From positions 3,711 through 67,710 of the IMG/VR virus record IMGVR_UViG_3300042863_000830: 64,000 nt of DNA; one strand, 5' to 3'. Origin of the DNA: a virus. The notes under the pieces are model-generated. The model made no database searches and was not told the origin of the DNA. It saw only the letters and a list, made by a program, of their open reading frames with translations. Below, in pieces: positions 9,194-19,900 of the stretch (position 1 is the stretch's first letter; the number at the start of each line of letters is the position of its first letter). A program made the position numbers and the translations under genes.

Positions 9194-9818
9194 TGATGTA
9201 TATAATTTCTTAGTCTTTATCGTAAGAAAAGAAAGAGGGGTATTTATAACAATACCCGAAGCGATGCAGACTATTGATAACGCACAGCTTGAGGCAACCG
9301 AAGATTGGTTTTCTCAATATGGCGTTACTCAAATAATTCATGATGCAATTAGGAAACTAAGATCACAGGTTCAGTTTACATCTGCATCAGACGGACAGGT
9401 AACATTTGGATCTGATTATTTGCATATGATTGGTAACCCATATACGGTTACAGGAAGCACGATTAACGCAGTAAGATTTGTTAACGAAGATGAATTACCT
9501 TTTGCATTAACAAGTCAATTAAGACCTGTTTCAACTGCCAAACCAATTGCAAAAGACACGGCTGTCGGATTTCAAATATATCCTCAATCAACTCAAACAG
9601 GCTTTTACAATTATTTACGCAGACCAGCCACTCCGGTTTTAGGATATACTCAGGCAGGTAGAACAATAACTTACAATCCAAACACTAGCACTCAATTAGA
9701 ATTTACAGATGTTTACATCAATAACATTATAGCGCGTGCATTGAAATTTTGGGGTATTAATATGGCTGAACAAGACATTCAGCAATTTGCTCAATTACAA
9801 ACACAAGAAACTAAATAA
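9177..9818 (+). CDS. virion ring/adaptor protein
   Basis: INDVYN...KERG..IT...AQLE N-terminus recalls Bacteroidota podophage structural proteins; position before the tail stabilisation gene. Confidence 0.55.
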   Translation: MAYNINDVYNFLVFIVRKERGVFITIPEAMQTIDNAQLEATEDWFSQYGVTQIIHDAIRKLRSQVQFTSASDGQVTFGSDYLHMIGNPYTVTGSTINAVRFVNEDELPFALTSQLRPVSTAKPIAKDTAVGFQIYPQSTQTGFYNYLRRPATPVLGYTQAGRTITYNPNTSTQLEFTDVYINNIIARALKFWGINMAEQDIQQFAQLQTQETK

Positions 9819-9820
9819 AA

Positions 9821-10462
9821 ATGGCTAATAGTACTAAATTTTTAATGGCCGAGCAGGTTTTGCTAAGATTAGCAGGTGGTTACAGAGATGTAGCTCAATC
9901 TGTTCAAATGGAAGATGTAGTAAAAGCAATTGAGCAGGTTATTAATACCATGTTTCAAACGCAATATTACAGCGCAGTATTGCCAACCGGCGAAACAATA
10001 CCAGACAATTTAATGGTGGCGTTTTACGAAAATATTCAGGTTACTTCGTATGGCGATAGAGCAAAGGCAGAATTGCCAATAGTTCCAATTTCCTTACCAA
10101 GAAACATGGGTATTTATAGAGTAGTAAATACAAACGATATTGATTTTATTCCTGTTCCATTAGGACAAGGAGCATTATTAAAAGCAGATAAATTGTTAAA
10201 TGACCTTTTAGGAAGCGTTTATTATGAGGTAAGAAAGAATGAGGTTATATTTTCAAAAGATATTACACTTCTTGATGTATCAGAGGTAAATATGTATTTA
10301 GTTGTTATGGATATATCATTATATTCAAACACAGATCCATTACCAATACCAGCTAATATGGAAGAAGAAATTATAGAAAAAGTATTCGCTAAATTTGCTC
10401 CAATAGTTCCAGAAACAGGAATTGTTAATAGTTATAGTGAATTACAAAGCAAAACTAATTAA
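9821..10462 (+). CDS. virion ring/adaptor protein
   Basis: gene order and size; PLPIP near the C-terminus. Confidence 0.5.
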   Translation: MANSTKFLMAEQVLLRLAGGYRDVAQSVQMEDVVKAIEQVINTMFQTQYYSAVLPTGETIPDNLMVAFYENIQVTSYGDRAKAELPIVPISLPRNMGIYRVVNTNDIDFIPVPLGQGALLKADKLLNDLLGSVYYEVRKNEVIFSKDITLLDVSEVNMYLVVMDISLYSNTDPLPIPANMEEEIIEKVFAKFAPIVPETGIVNSYSELQSKTN

Positions 10463-10464
10463 AG

Positions 10465-11253
10465 ATGACAACAGCTAGTTTAGATTTTATAGTAAAAAAC
10501 TATTTACTTAAAAAAGGATACCCACTTCATTGGTATATGCAGTTTATGGTATACGCGGCAGATTGCTTGCGTGAAATTACTTTTGATGACTTAAGAGTAA
10601 TTAACACAAAGATATTGCCAGTAAATCAAAAAATTAACGCAGCAGAGCTACCAGAAGATTATCAAGATTATGTAACTGTTGGAGTTATGATTGGTCAAAG
10701 AATAAGACCTCTAGTACCTACAAGTACATTAAACCCATTGATTAGTTTAGATGTAAATCAAAATTTTTCGGAGCAAGAATGGACTGACAATGTGGTGCCA
10801 CCCGGATCTAATGAAAATCAACTTTATTACGGAGCTTTGCCATATGCTCAATGGTTTACCGTAAGGTATAATGATTATGGTGAAAACATTGGTAGATTTT
10901 TTGGTTTAGGAGCAGGCTATCAAGAGGATACGTTTCAAGTATTTAAAGAAAGAAACCAAATCCAATTAGATCAAAAATTTTATGTAGAAAATATTGTTTT
11001 ACAATATGTTTCTGATGGTCAATCAGCAGACGCCGCATCACAAGTAGATCCATATGCTATTAGAACAATTCAGGCTTATATTGAATACCAAATGAAAGCT
11101 CATAACAGAACTTACAATATGGGAGAAAGGCAATTAGCTGAAAATTATTATATTAAAGAAAGAAAAATATTAAGAGCTAGAAAATCAGATTGGAGTGTAG
11201 AGAAGATTAAGAGAATTGTTCAGAAAAATACAATGGGCGCACCAAAATCATAA
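10465..11253 (+). CDS. virion ring/tail tubular protein
   Basis: ELPEDYQDYV and LQYVSDG motifs; gene order. Confidence 0.55.
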   Translation: MTTASLDFIVKNYLLKKGYPLHWYMQFMVYAADCLREITFDDLRVINTKILPVNQKINAAELPEDYQDYVTVGVMIGQRIRPLVPTSTLNPLISLDVNQNFSEQEWTDNVVPPGSNENQLYYGALPYAQWFTVRYNDYGENIGRFFGLGAGYQEDTFQVFKERNQIQLDQKFYVENIVLQYVSDGQSADAASQVDPYAIRTIQAYIEYQMKAHNRTYNMGERQLAENYYIKERKILRARKSDWSVEKIKRIVQKNTMGAPKS

Positions 11254-11258
11254 TTGAA

Positions 11259-14200
11259 ATGATCAGAAACAAAAAGATTTTTACAGGAGGAGCAAATCAA
11301 GATGATAGTTTACACTTAATTCAAGATGCTCAATATTTGAGAGTAATGAACGGCAGAGTCGGTGTAACTCAATACGGTAGAAATAATCGTGTCGAGGGTG
11401 TGCCGGGTACAACTTCAATACCTCAATCAAAATATCCTCCATATGGATCAAATATTACAATCGGAAGCTGTATAGATATAGAAAACGAACGAATGGCGTG
11501 GTTTGTTTATAATACTATTGGAGATCATGGTATTTATTGTTATGACATGGTAGCAAATCAGGTTTATGCAGTAATATACGATAGTCAAATAGAAGGCGGA
11601 TTAAATTTTAATAAAGATTACAGAATAGATCGTAATTGTAAGGTAATAAATGGGGTGTTGTATTGGTCAGACAACTACAACGAACCCAAGAAAATCAACA
11701 TTGATAAGGGGATTAAGACCAACCAAGCTGAATATAATACAAACGAAACTGCGTATGAAATTCCATCTGGCGGCATCCCATATACTACTTTTACAATAAT
11801 TAGACGTCCGCCTTTTTATGCATTAAATGTAAATAAAGCCGAAAATGTAAGTTTTGATAATAATTTTATTGAAAATTCCGCATTTCAAATGTGTTATTTT
11901 TATGATTTTGTAGATAATGAAAGATCTAGACTATCTGCTTTTAGTAATTTGATGAATTTTAATACGCCGGGCGAAACAAATAATTACATAGCGTGTAGCG
12001 TTCCTTTATCTGAATACATAGAAAGCGAAATTGAAAAAATAAATATTTGTGCTAAGGATGTTGTTACTAATGTTATTTATATTGTAAAAACATTTGATAG
12101 AAATAATCCGGATGATGCTTTAGCGATATTTGAACATAACGAAGGAACAAATCAACTTGAATTTGATTTTTATAATGATATAGTTGGTATTCCTTTAAGT
12201 TCAAGTGAAACTTCTGTTCCGTATGATTTAGTACCATTAAAAAGTACAACATTGGAAACAGCAACAGCTAGGTTATTTTTAGCAAATAATTTAGCAGGGT
12301 ATGACACCCCATTAACTACAAGTTTAGCCATTGCGTCCACAACATCAACTACACCTTCAAGTAATAGTTTTATATCAGTTGTTAAAACATATAGCATCGC
12401 TATTAGAAATAAATATGATACAGGAGATATAAGATCAGAAGTTGTAGGGTATCTTTACGCTGCAGGAGAGGTAAATACTACTTATTTTTACAATGCCTAT
12501 AAAAATAGTTATTATAATGGTTTCCCAGCAACACTAGATTTGTCTGATGCAGATGGGGAATTTGCGAACGAAGGTAATTTTTTAACATGGTATGTTGCAA
12601 ATTACAATCCAGCAAATACAAATTATGAATGGTATCCTCCTTTTTTTGGTAATCCCGCATTTACATTTACCTCTGGATCAACTCCATCTTATTATGTTAC
12701 AATAGTTAATAACGTAGACGCTTTTAGTGCGCAAACCGTATTTAAAAGTAGTGCTACATATAATATATCTGTGGTATTTTATGATAGATTTAGAAGAAGA
12801 TCTGGTGTAGTTGACAAACCAATTAATTACACATTAGCTAATTTAACAGAAGATCAAAATTCTTTTATTCAATATTTAAATTGGACATTAAGTAATACAA
12901 ATGCCATAAATGAAATACCTAATTGGGCATATTATTACCAAATAGTTCAAACTAAAAATTTAATACAATCCGATTTTGTACAAATAGCTACAAATGGTAT
13001 TCAATATGCAACAAAGCAAGATATTGCTTCTGGAGGCGGGTATACTTATGGTAATACATATTCAATAGGTGTTTATGCAATTGGCTTAAATATTTCAAGT
13101 TTAACATCTGTGGGTTTAGGGTATAATTATAAAGAAGGAGATATGTGCAGAATAACAGACACAAGTGCAAGTTACAATGTCCAAGTCTTAGGCCAAGATG
13201 GTGAATATGTATTGATAGAAGCGTTTGATTTTGGTACTGTTTCTACTTCGGATTATAAAATAATAGAATTATATACGCCTAAAAAAAGTTCTACTCAAGA
13301 GCCTTATTATGAGGTAAGTCAGGTTTATGAAATAGAAAATCCTACTCAATCAAATAGGGAATTTAGTACAATTAACGGACAATTAATAGGGGATGTTTAT
13401 ATTTTACAAAGAATCGATGCGGCTAGTACAAATTATTTTACTGAAAATATGTCGCCATTTGACAGAGCATGGCAATATTGGAATACAAATTCTGGATGGC
13501 CTAATTTTATAACAAATTTAGGGCAAGCTAGAAATGAATATGAAATAAGATATTCTAATGTTTATACAACCGGCGCATCTAACAACGGCTTAAGTACGTT
13601 TGAAGTATTAAATTTTAAAACAGTGCCACTTGGCATGGGTAATATACAAAAATTACAACTTGCATCTAAAACAACAGAGCAGGGGGTTGTTATGTTAGCC
13701 ATTGGATCGTTCCAGACGGCATCTTGTTATCTTGGCGAGGTTCAAGTGGTAGGAGCATCTCAAAATGCCTTCTTAGCTCAAGATGTGGCTGTAATAGGTA
13801 CAATTAATGTATTAAAGGGTATGCTAGGCACAACACAGCCAGAAACGGTAGTTGAGTATCTTGGGGTTATTTTTTGGTATGACCTTAATAACGGCCAAAT
13901 AGCTCAATATAGCTCAAATGGAGTATTCCCAATTAGTTCTTTCAAAATGGAAAGACTATTTAAAAATTATGCAAAAGGCTATTTAGCAGCTAATTCTAAT
14001 AACTTAGATAATATAAACGGATTTCATCATATTCCAACCTACATTGATCCATTCCATAAAGAATTTGGAATATCATTGCCGGGCTTGATTTATGAGAACT
14101 ATGCAGACACATTGCCTAGTTATCCAACTGTACCAGCATACGCAAGTTCTATTATAAATAGATTTGATATGTCTGATAACTTGTCTAAGACCGTAGTTTT

Positions 14201-14732
14201 TCATTTGCAAGATAACCAATGGAAAAGCGACTATCAATTTATAGCTGAACAATACGAATATTTTGAAAACAGAATGTTTGGCTTTAAAAACGGGGCTTTA
14301 TATGAGTTTAATACTAATACTTCCACGTGGAACACTTGGTTTGGTACTCAATACCCCGTTAGGATTTGTTGGGTGGTTAATCAACCATTAAGCGGATTAA
14401 AAGATATGGCAGAATTGGTAGTTGAGGGTAATCAAGCCCCAGATTACACGGTTTTGTACACTACGCTTCCAAACACACAAATTACAGATTTGACAGAAAC
14501 AGAGTTTGTAAGCCAAGAAGGAATATACTACGGAAGGTTTTTGAGAGATAGACTATCGCCCAATGCAACAGGTACGCCGGATCAGAAGATGTTAAACGGA
14601 GATGTAATTCTTTCTCAAATTCCTCAAATTATGGCTGAATGGCAGTCTTACGACTCAATAATTTATGTTAATTTTGTAGATGTAGGATTTAACCTGTCAA
14701 GAGGTCAAAATTTTATTTTAGGTAATCAATAA
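11259..14732 (+). CDS. tail stabilisation/nozzle protein (P22 gp10-like)
   Basis: FTGGANQD...QYLRVMN, LYWSDNYNEPKKINI, RLFLAN and YDRFRRRS motifs; 1157 aa, beta-rich. Confidence 0.7.
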   Translation: MIRNKKIFTGGANQDDSLHLIQDAQYLRVMNGRVGVTQYGRNNRVEGVPGTTSIPQSKYPPYGSNITIGSCIDIENERMAWFVYNTIGDHGIYCYDMVANQVYAVIYDSQIEGGLNFNKDYRIDRNCKVINGVLYWSDNYNEPKKINIDKGIKTNQAEYNTNETAYEIPSGGIPYTTFTIIRRPPFYALNVNKAENVSFDNNFIENSAFQMCYFYDFVDNERSRLSAFSNLMNFNTPGETNNYIACSVPLSEYIESEIEKINICAKDVVTNVIYIVKTFDRNNPDDALAIFEHNEGTNQLEFDFYNDIVGIPLSSSETSVPYDLVPLKSTTLETATARLFLANNLAGYDTPLTTSLAIASTTSTTPSSNSFISVVKTYSIAIRNKYDTGDIRSEVVGYLYAAGEVNTTYFYNAYKNSYYNGFPATLDLSDADGEFANEGNFLTWYVANYNPANTNYEWYPPFFGNPAFTFTSGSTPSYYVTIVNNVDAFSAQTVFKSSATYNISVVFYDRFRRRSGVVDKPINYTLANLTEDQNSFIQYLNWTLSNTNAINEIPNWAYYYQIVQTKNLIQSDFVQIATNGIQYATKQDIASGGGYTYGNTYSIGVYAIGLNISSLTSVGLGYNYKEGDMCRITDTSASYNVQVLGQDGEYVLIEAFDFGTVSTSDYKIIELYTPKKSSTQEPYYEVSQVYEIENPTQSNREFSTINGQLIGDVYILQRIDAASTNYFTENMSPFDRAWQYWNTNSGWPNFITNLGQARNEYEIRYSNVYTTGASNNGLSTFEVLNFKTVPLGMGNIQKLQLASKTTEQGVVMLAIGSFQTASCYLGEVQVVGASQNAFLAQDVAVIGTINVLKGMLGTTQPETVVEYLGVIFWYDLNNGQIAQYSSNGVFPISSFKMERLFKNYAKGYLAANSNNLDNINGFHHIPTYIDPFHKEFGISLPGLIYENYADTLPSYPTVPAYASSIINRFDMSDNLSKTVVFHLQDNQWKSDYQFIAEQYEYFENRMFGFKNGALYEFNTNTSTWNTWFGTQYPVRICWVVNQPLSGLKDMAELVVEGNQAPDYTVLYTTLPNTQITDLTETEFVSQEGIYYGRFLRDRLSPNATGTPDQKMLNGDVILSQIPQIMAEWQSYDSIIYVNFVDVGFNLSRGQNFILGNQ

Positions 14733-14762
14733 AAGTATTAATTTTAATTTAAATAGAACATT

Positions 14763-15461
14763 ATGCCAATAGATCCAATGACAGCTGGCCTCATAGTAAG
14801 CGGTGTAAGCGCTTTAGGTAAAGGGATATTCGGTGCAACTCAGATGAGTAAAGCAAACAGATTAAATCCTCAATTTGCAGAGTATAAAGAAAATCCTTTA
14901 GCTAAACAAAATTTAGGTGTAGCTCAACAATTATTTTATGGCAGAACGCCGGGCATGAGTCAAGCTCAAGCCAATATTCAAGCAGCTCAAGCAAATCAAT
15001 TGGCAGCAGGTCAAAGAGGCGCAACTGACTCTGCAACATTATTAGCACTAGGCGCAGGATCACAAGGCGCAACTAATGCAGCACTATCAAACCTTGCAGC
15101 GCAAGAAGCTCAACAAAAAATGGGTATGTTTGATAATTTAAGTAGAGCATATGCAATGTCTATTGGAGAAGGAGATAAAGTACAACAAAATAAAATGATG
15201 AAATTCCAATTTGATGCAAATGCACAAAATGCATTACGTCAATCTGGTATTAGTAATATATTCGGTGGGGCAAGCGATATCGCAGGAGGATTAATGCAAT
15301 ATGGTAATTATCAAAATGCTCAGGATTACAATGAGGCATTGCGCGGATTGATTGGGAAGGGGGTTGGTTCAGTTGCTCCAACAATAGGAAGCAATTTATC
15401 GCAAAAGCAAATAAATAGAATGATGGGTAACCCATACGGTTTAAATTTTTCAAATCAATAA
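14763..15461 (+). CDS. probable internal virion/ejection protein
   Basis: Gly/Ala/Gln-rich with hydrophobic N-terminus; follows the tail genes. Confidence 0.55.
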   Translation: MPIDPMTAGLIVSGVSALGKGIFGATQMSKANRLNPQFAEYKENPLAKQNLGVAQQLFYGRTPGMSQAQANIQAAQANQLAAGQRGATDSATLLALGAGSQGATNAALSNLAAQEAQQKMGMFDNLSRAYAMSIGEGDKVQQNKMMKFQFDANAQNALRQSGISNIFGGASDIAGGLMQYGNYQNAQDYNEALRGLIGKGVGSVAPTIGSNLSQKQINRMMGNPYGLNFSNQ

Positions 15462-15464
15462 CAA

Positions 15465-16991
15465 ATGGCAAACGGAAATTTAGGTAGTTATGCGGTAACG
15501 CTTCCAAATGTGTTTCAAGCTCCGGGACAGGCTTTGCAGTCTGCAACTGAACAAGTGCAAAGACAAGGTGAAAATCTTGCTCAAATGCAAATGCGTCAAC
15601 AGGAAATTGCTGAAAGAAAAGCTGAAAGAGATGAAGCTCAATTGTATAGAAAAATGCAAACTATACAAGAGCTTTCTGATTTGTCAAAATATCAAACAGC
15701 AAATGATGTAGCAAATGCTATTGGAAATAAAAATGCTTTTGAAATAAGAAAAAAATATATAGACCTTGCAAGGCAGGGTAAGGTTAACGATGCTGATATT
15801 TTTGAGGGAATTAATAAAGAAATAGCTTCTACTGCACAAGGAATGAACGCATTAAAAGCGGAAGGCGAAAATTTTGAAAATGAACTAAAAAATATGAAGC
15901 AGATAATGCCAAAATTAGATGCGCCAAGAATATTGCGAGATTATAGAAAAGATGTAGTTAATAGAAGAATAGAAGATGGAGTTTCATTTAAAAATCCACT
16001 AGAGGTTCAGCAATCTGAATTTGCTACTAACTTATTAGATCCGGATAACTTAAGTGATTATTTAACAGATATAAGCGATTTAGAAAAGCAAGTAGTAAGC
16101 CCCAAATCTGTAAGAGAAATGAATTTGGCAGTAGGTTCTTCAAAAGACTTTGTTCCATTTGAAGGTAAAGTTCCATTTTTTGCTGAAGCGGTATTACCAG
16201 AAGGGTATATAGAGGGGGATTATTTGCCAAAAGGATTTGTACCCGAAACAAGGGTTAAGTCAGAAATCATTCCTGAAATAAAAAAATTAACAGGACTTGA
16301 TTTTAAAGTAGTTCCTGATGATGTATATAGCAATTTCGCAGACGATCCAATTGGGAAAACAAATGTCATTGCATTAGCAAAGCAAAAGTTTCCTACATAC
16401 AAAAATTTTACACCTGTTGAAAAGTATAATGCTCAAAAAAATGCACTTTATGATTATATAACCAAAAAAAATGTAAGCGGTTTTACAAGCAAAGAAAGAA
16501 AGGTAAAAGCAGATACTAATATAAATATTCCAAAAGAAGGTACGCCAACAGTTGATTTATGGTCTGGTATTAAAAATTTAGTAGAATCTACAAAAGAAGG
16601 ATTTGCTACACCTTTTAATGAACTTTCAGCAAAAACTCAAGGTATATTATTAGATTTTGCAAGAGATGCAAGTGGAAAAGGTAAAGATGAATTAAATCAA
16701 ACTAATATAGTTTTAAAGAAAAATCCACAAGGAGAAATAGCTATATATAAATATAATAGTAAAAAGCAATTATTGGGTGATATGATTGTTCCACTGAATG
16801 AGCAGGATGTGAATATAGAGGGACAAGCAACCGCTGCTGGGAAAACAGAAATAGCTCGAAAAGGGGAAAAATCAGATGAAAAAACTTATATTGCAGGAGG
16901 TAAAAAGTATACAAAATCTGATTTAAATAAGATGGGTTATACTGATGATCAAATAAAAGAGGCTATTAAATTAGGTACAATTAAACAATAA
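15465..16991 (+). CDS. probable internal virion/ejection protein
   Basis: helical, charged; lies between the small and the giant ejection genes. Confidence 0.5.
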   Translation: MANGNLGSYAVTLPNVFQAPGQALQSATEQVQRQGENLAQMQMRQQEIAERKAERDEAQLYRKMQTIQELSDLSKYQTANDVANAIGNKNAFEIRKKYIDLARQGKVNDADIFEGINKEIASTAQGMNALKAEGENFENELKNMKQIMPKLDAPRILRDYRKDVVNRRIEDGVSFKNPLEVQQSEFATNLLDPDNLSDYLTDISDLEKQVVSPKSVREMNLAVGSSKDFVPFEGKVPFFAEAVLPEGYIEGDYLPKGFVPETRVKSEIIPEIKKLTGLDFKVVPDDVYSNFADDPIGKTNVIALAKQKFPTYKNFTPVEKYNAQKNALYDYITKKNVSGFTSKERKVKADTNINIPKEGTPTVDLWSGIKNLVESTKEGFATPFNELSAKTQGILLDFARDASGKGKDELNQTNIVLKKNPQGEIAIYKYNSKKQLLGDMIVPLNEQDVNIEGQATAAGKTEIARKGEKSDEKTYIAGGKKYTKSDLNKMGYTDDQIKEAIKLGTIKQ

Positions 16992-16993
16992 TA

Positions 16994-19900
16994 ATGGCAG
17001 AAGAAATTTTAAATAACGATCCTTTAGGTATATTGTCAAAACCTAAAAATGATCAAGATCCATTAGGTATCTTAAAAAAAAAAGAATCTACACCTTTAGG
17101 ATCTTCGGTTACACCATTACCATCTCAAGATAAGTTTCAGCAAGGGTTAGCTATGGCTAAAAGCCCAATAGCTTCTGCTGTAAATAAAGATACACAAAAA
17201 GACAATAATTGGTTTGCTGGAATGTATAACAATCTTGTTAAACCTATATCATCCCTTGCAGGAGGAACCGCATATTTGGCAGAAGCTGTGTTGGGGGGTA
17301 GGCCAGAAGCTATGGTTACTCGTCTTGCATCTGCAAGAGAATTTCAAAAATCAACTGAATCTTTTTTTGATAAATTAAGATCTGAAAAATCATCAAAAGA
17401 ATACGAGCAAAAGCAAGCGAAAGAATTTGATGTTACACCTGTGCAGAAGGAAAATCAAATGTCCAGAGAAGATGCACTGACGCTGACAATGATTGATCCG
17501 GAAAAATTAACTCCTATTCAATTAAAAAAATATAATGAAATTTTAGTAAAAAATAAAGGAAAAGAAAAGCCATCTTCAATTTTCAGTGGAGTTGACGCTA
17601 AAGATGTAAAATCAATGGCTTTCCAAACTCCGGGACAATTATTAAGTTTTATAATGGGGGCATACACTGCTGGTACTACATATATACCTCAGTCAATTAG
17701 TGATGCATCAAATGAAATTTATGAAACAGATAAAGGTAATAAATTAAATGATGGCCAAAAAGCGGCTTATATATTTACGCAAGCAGCAGCTCAGTATGCT
17801 TTAGAAAAGGTTTCTTTAGATTTAATATTAAAAAATACAGGATTAGGAAAAGCTGCAAAACAAAAAATTGCCAATGAAATAGTAGATAAATTTGTTGCAA
17901 AAGGTGTTAAGGCAACTGCTGAAGATGTAGAAAAAGAAGCAATACGATTGGCTAGCTCTATGGCGTCTAAAGCAAAAAGAATTGGAATCAAAGCTGCAAC
18001 TGGAGCAGCGGTAGAACCCGGCACAGAGGCATTGCAAACAGGTGCCGCAGAAGGGGTTAAATTATTAACAAATAAAATTTCAAAAACAGATGTTTTTAAT
18101 GAAGAAGATATAATTGCTAATTTAGGTAAAAATATGATTAATTCTGCTGCAATGGCAACCGGCCCCGGAGCTATTGGTGGAGGATTTGTAGGCTCATTTC
18201 AAAATACAAAAAAAGCAATTAGGGAAGAAATCGCAAACGAAAAGGATGTTAATACTATTCAAAGTGAAATAAACAAACAAGTTGAAGAAGGAAATATAAC
18301 TCCAGAAGAAGCGCAAGCTGCAAATATTACAGCAAAACAATATGCAGATATAGCTAGTAAAATACCGTCAACAGTAACTCCTCAAGATAAGTATAAGATT
18401 ATTGGCGGTATTGAACAAAGAGAGGCTTTAAATATAAAAAAACAACAAGCATATGAAGAATTAACTGATTTAGATCCTGTATTTAAAAAAGAAAAGCAAG
18501 ATCAAATTGATTTAATTCAGGCTAAGATAGACGAAACAAATGATTATTTAGAAGGCATTGTAAGTGGTAAAAAACCTGAATATAAAGAGAAAAGAGGAAT
18601 GTACTTTAAAGTAGATTCTGAAGGCAATGAAACGCCTATAAATAAGGAAACCTATGATTTAGCTACGTCTATTCGTGATGAAGATAAAGTAAAAGAAAAG
18701 CAACAGTTTGACCAATTTGTAAATAGAATTGTAGAAGGGGAAAGAATGCAAACTCCTGAAGATTTACAATTCTACGAAAATAACAAGACAGAGATTGAAA
18801 AGGCGTTAAAAACAAAGGCAGAAGAAACAAAACCTGCTGTTGTAATGCCAGAAGAAAACGTAGCTCCTCAAGTAGTAGAGCCAAGCAAAGGCGCTGCCGT
18901 TATCATGCCAGAGGGGAATATTGCAGCAGAAACAACAGTAGTAGGCGCACAACAACAAGGCAAAGCTCCTTCTGTTATAATGCCAGAAGCTAATGTAGCT
19001 CCTGAAGTTGCAGTTAAACCAACTGAAGTAGATAAAAGGCAAAAACAATTAGAAAGGGTTGAAAGGCTTAATCCTGATGCAGGATTCCCATTGTTCAATG
19101 TGGGGCAAGTCCATAATGACGGGAATAGATATATCGTTAGCAATGCAACAGATAACAGAACAAATCGTAACGCAGAAGGCGTTGTAGTTATTTCTAAAAT
19201 TATAGAGCCAGCTCAAGTAGATGAAAATGGCAAAATGACCAAAGCCGCTACCGTTGAAACAACAATTTTTGATTCAAAAGAGGATGCTCAAAAGGCACTA
19301 CAAGATAACTATAATAAATATAAGGCTATTGCCGAAGAAAGATTATCAAAAGCTCAAGCAGAAGTTAAACCAACTGAAGCAAAGCCAGAAGTTAAATCTA
19401 AATTAGAAGCGTTTAAAACTAAGTTTGCTCCACAGCCTAAAGAGGTTTCAATAAGTGGTGCGAAAGGCGCAGAAACTAGAAAAATTAAAGAAGAAGCCGG
19501 GAAGGTAATGCCAAAGGATGCTCGAGGATTTGCTTTGTCTTGGCTAGCCAATAGTGGTGAAAAGATAAGTTCAGATTCAGTAAATAAATTACTTGGATCG
19601 TTTAGGGCATCTCTTAACGTTGGTAAAACAAAAAAAACACAAGAAGCATCAACAAGGGATTATGTTGATAATCAAGGACAAGAAATAGATACAATTGCAG
19701 ATAATATTTGGGATAATTTACCAGAAGGGTTAGAAGATAAAATTTCTAGTTCTCAAATTAGAGATCAATTAGAAATGCTTATTTCTGAATATCCAACTAA
19801 AAAAGCAGCAGCAGCAGCCCTTGTTCAATATGCTGGAGAAGATTTAAGTTTAGATCAACAAAGGGCTAAATATGAAGAAGGTAAGGGAATTGAAGAAATG

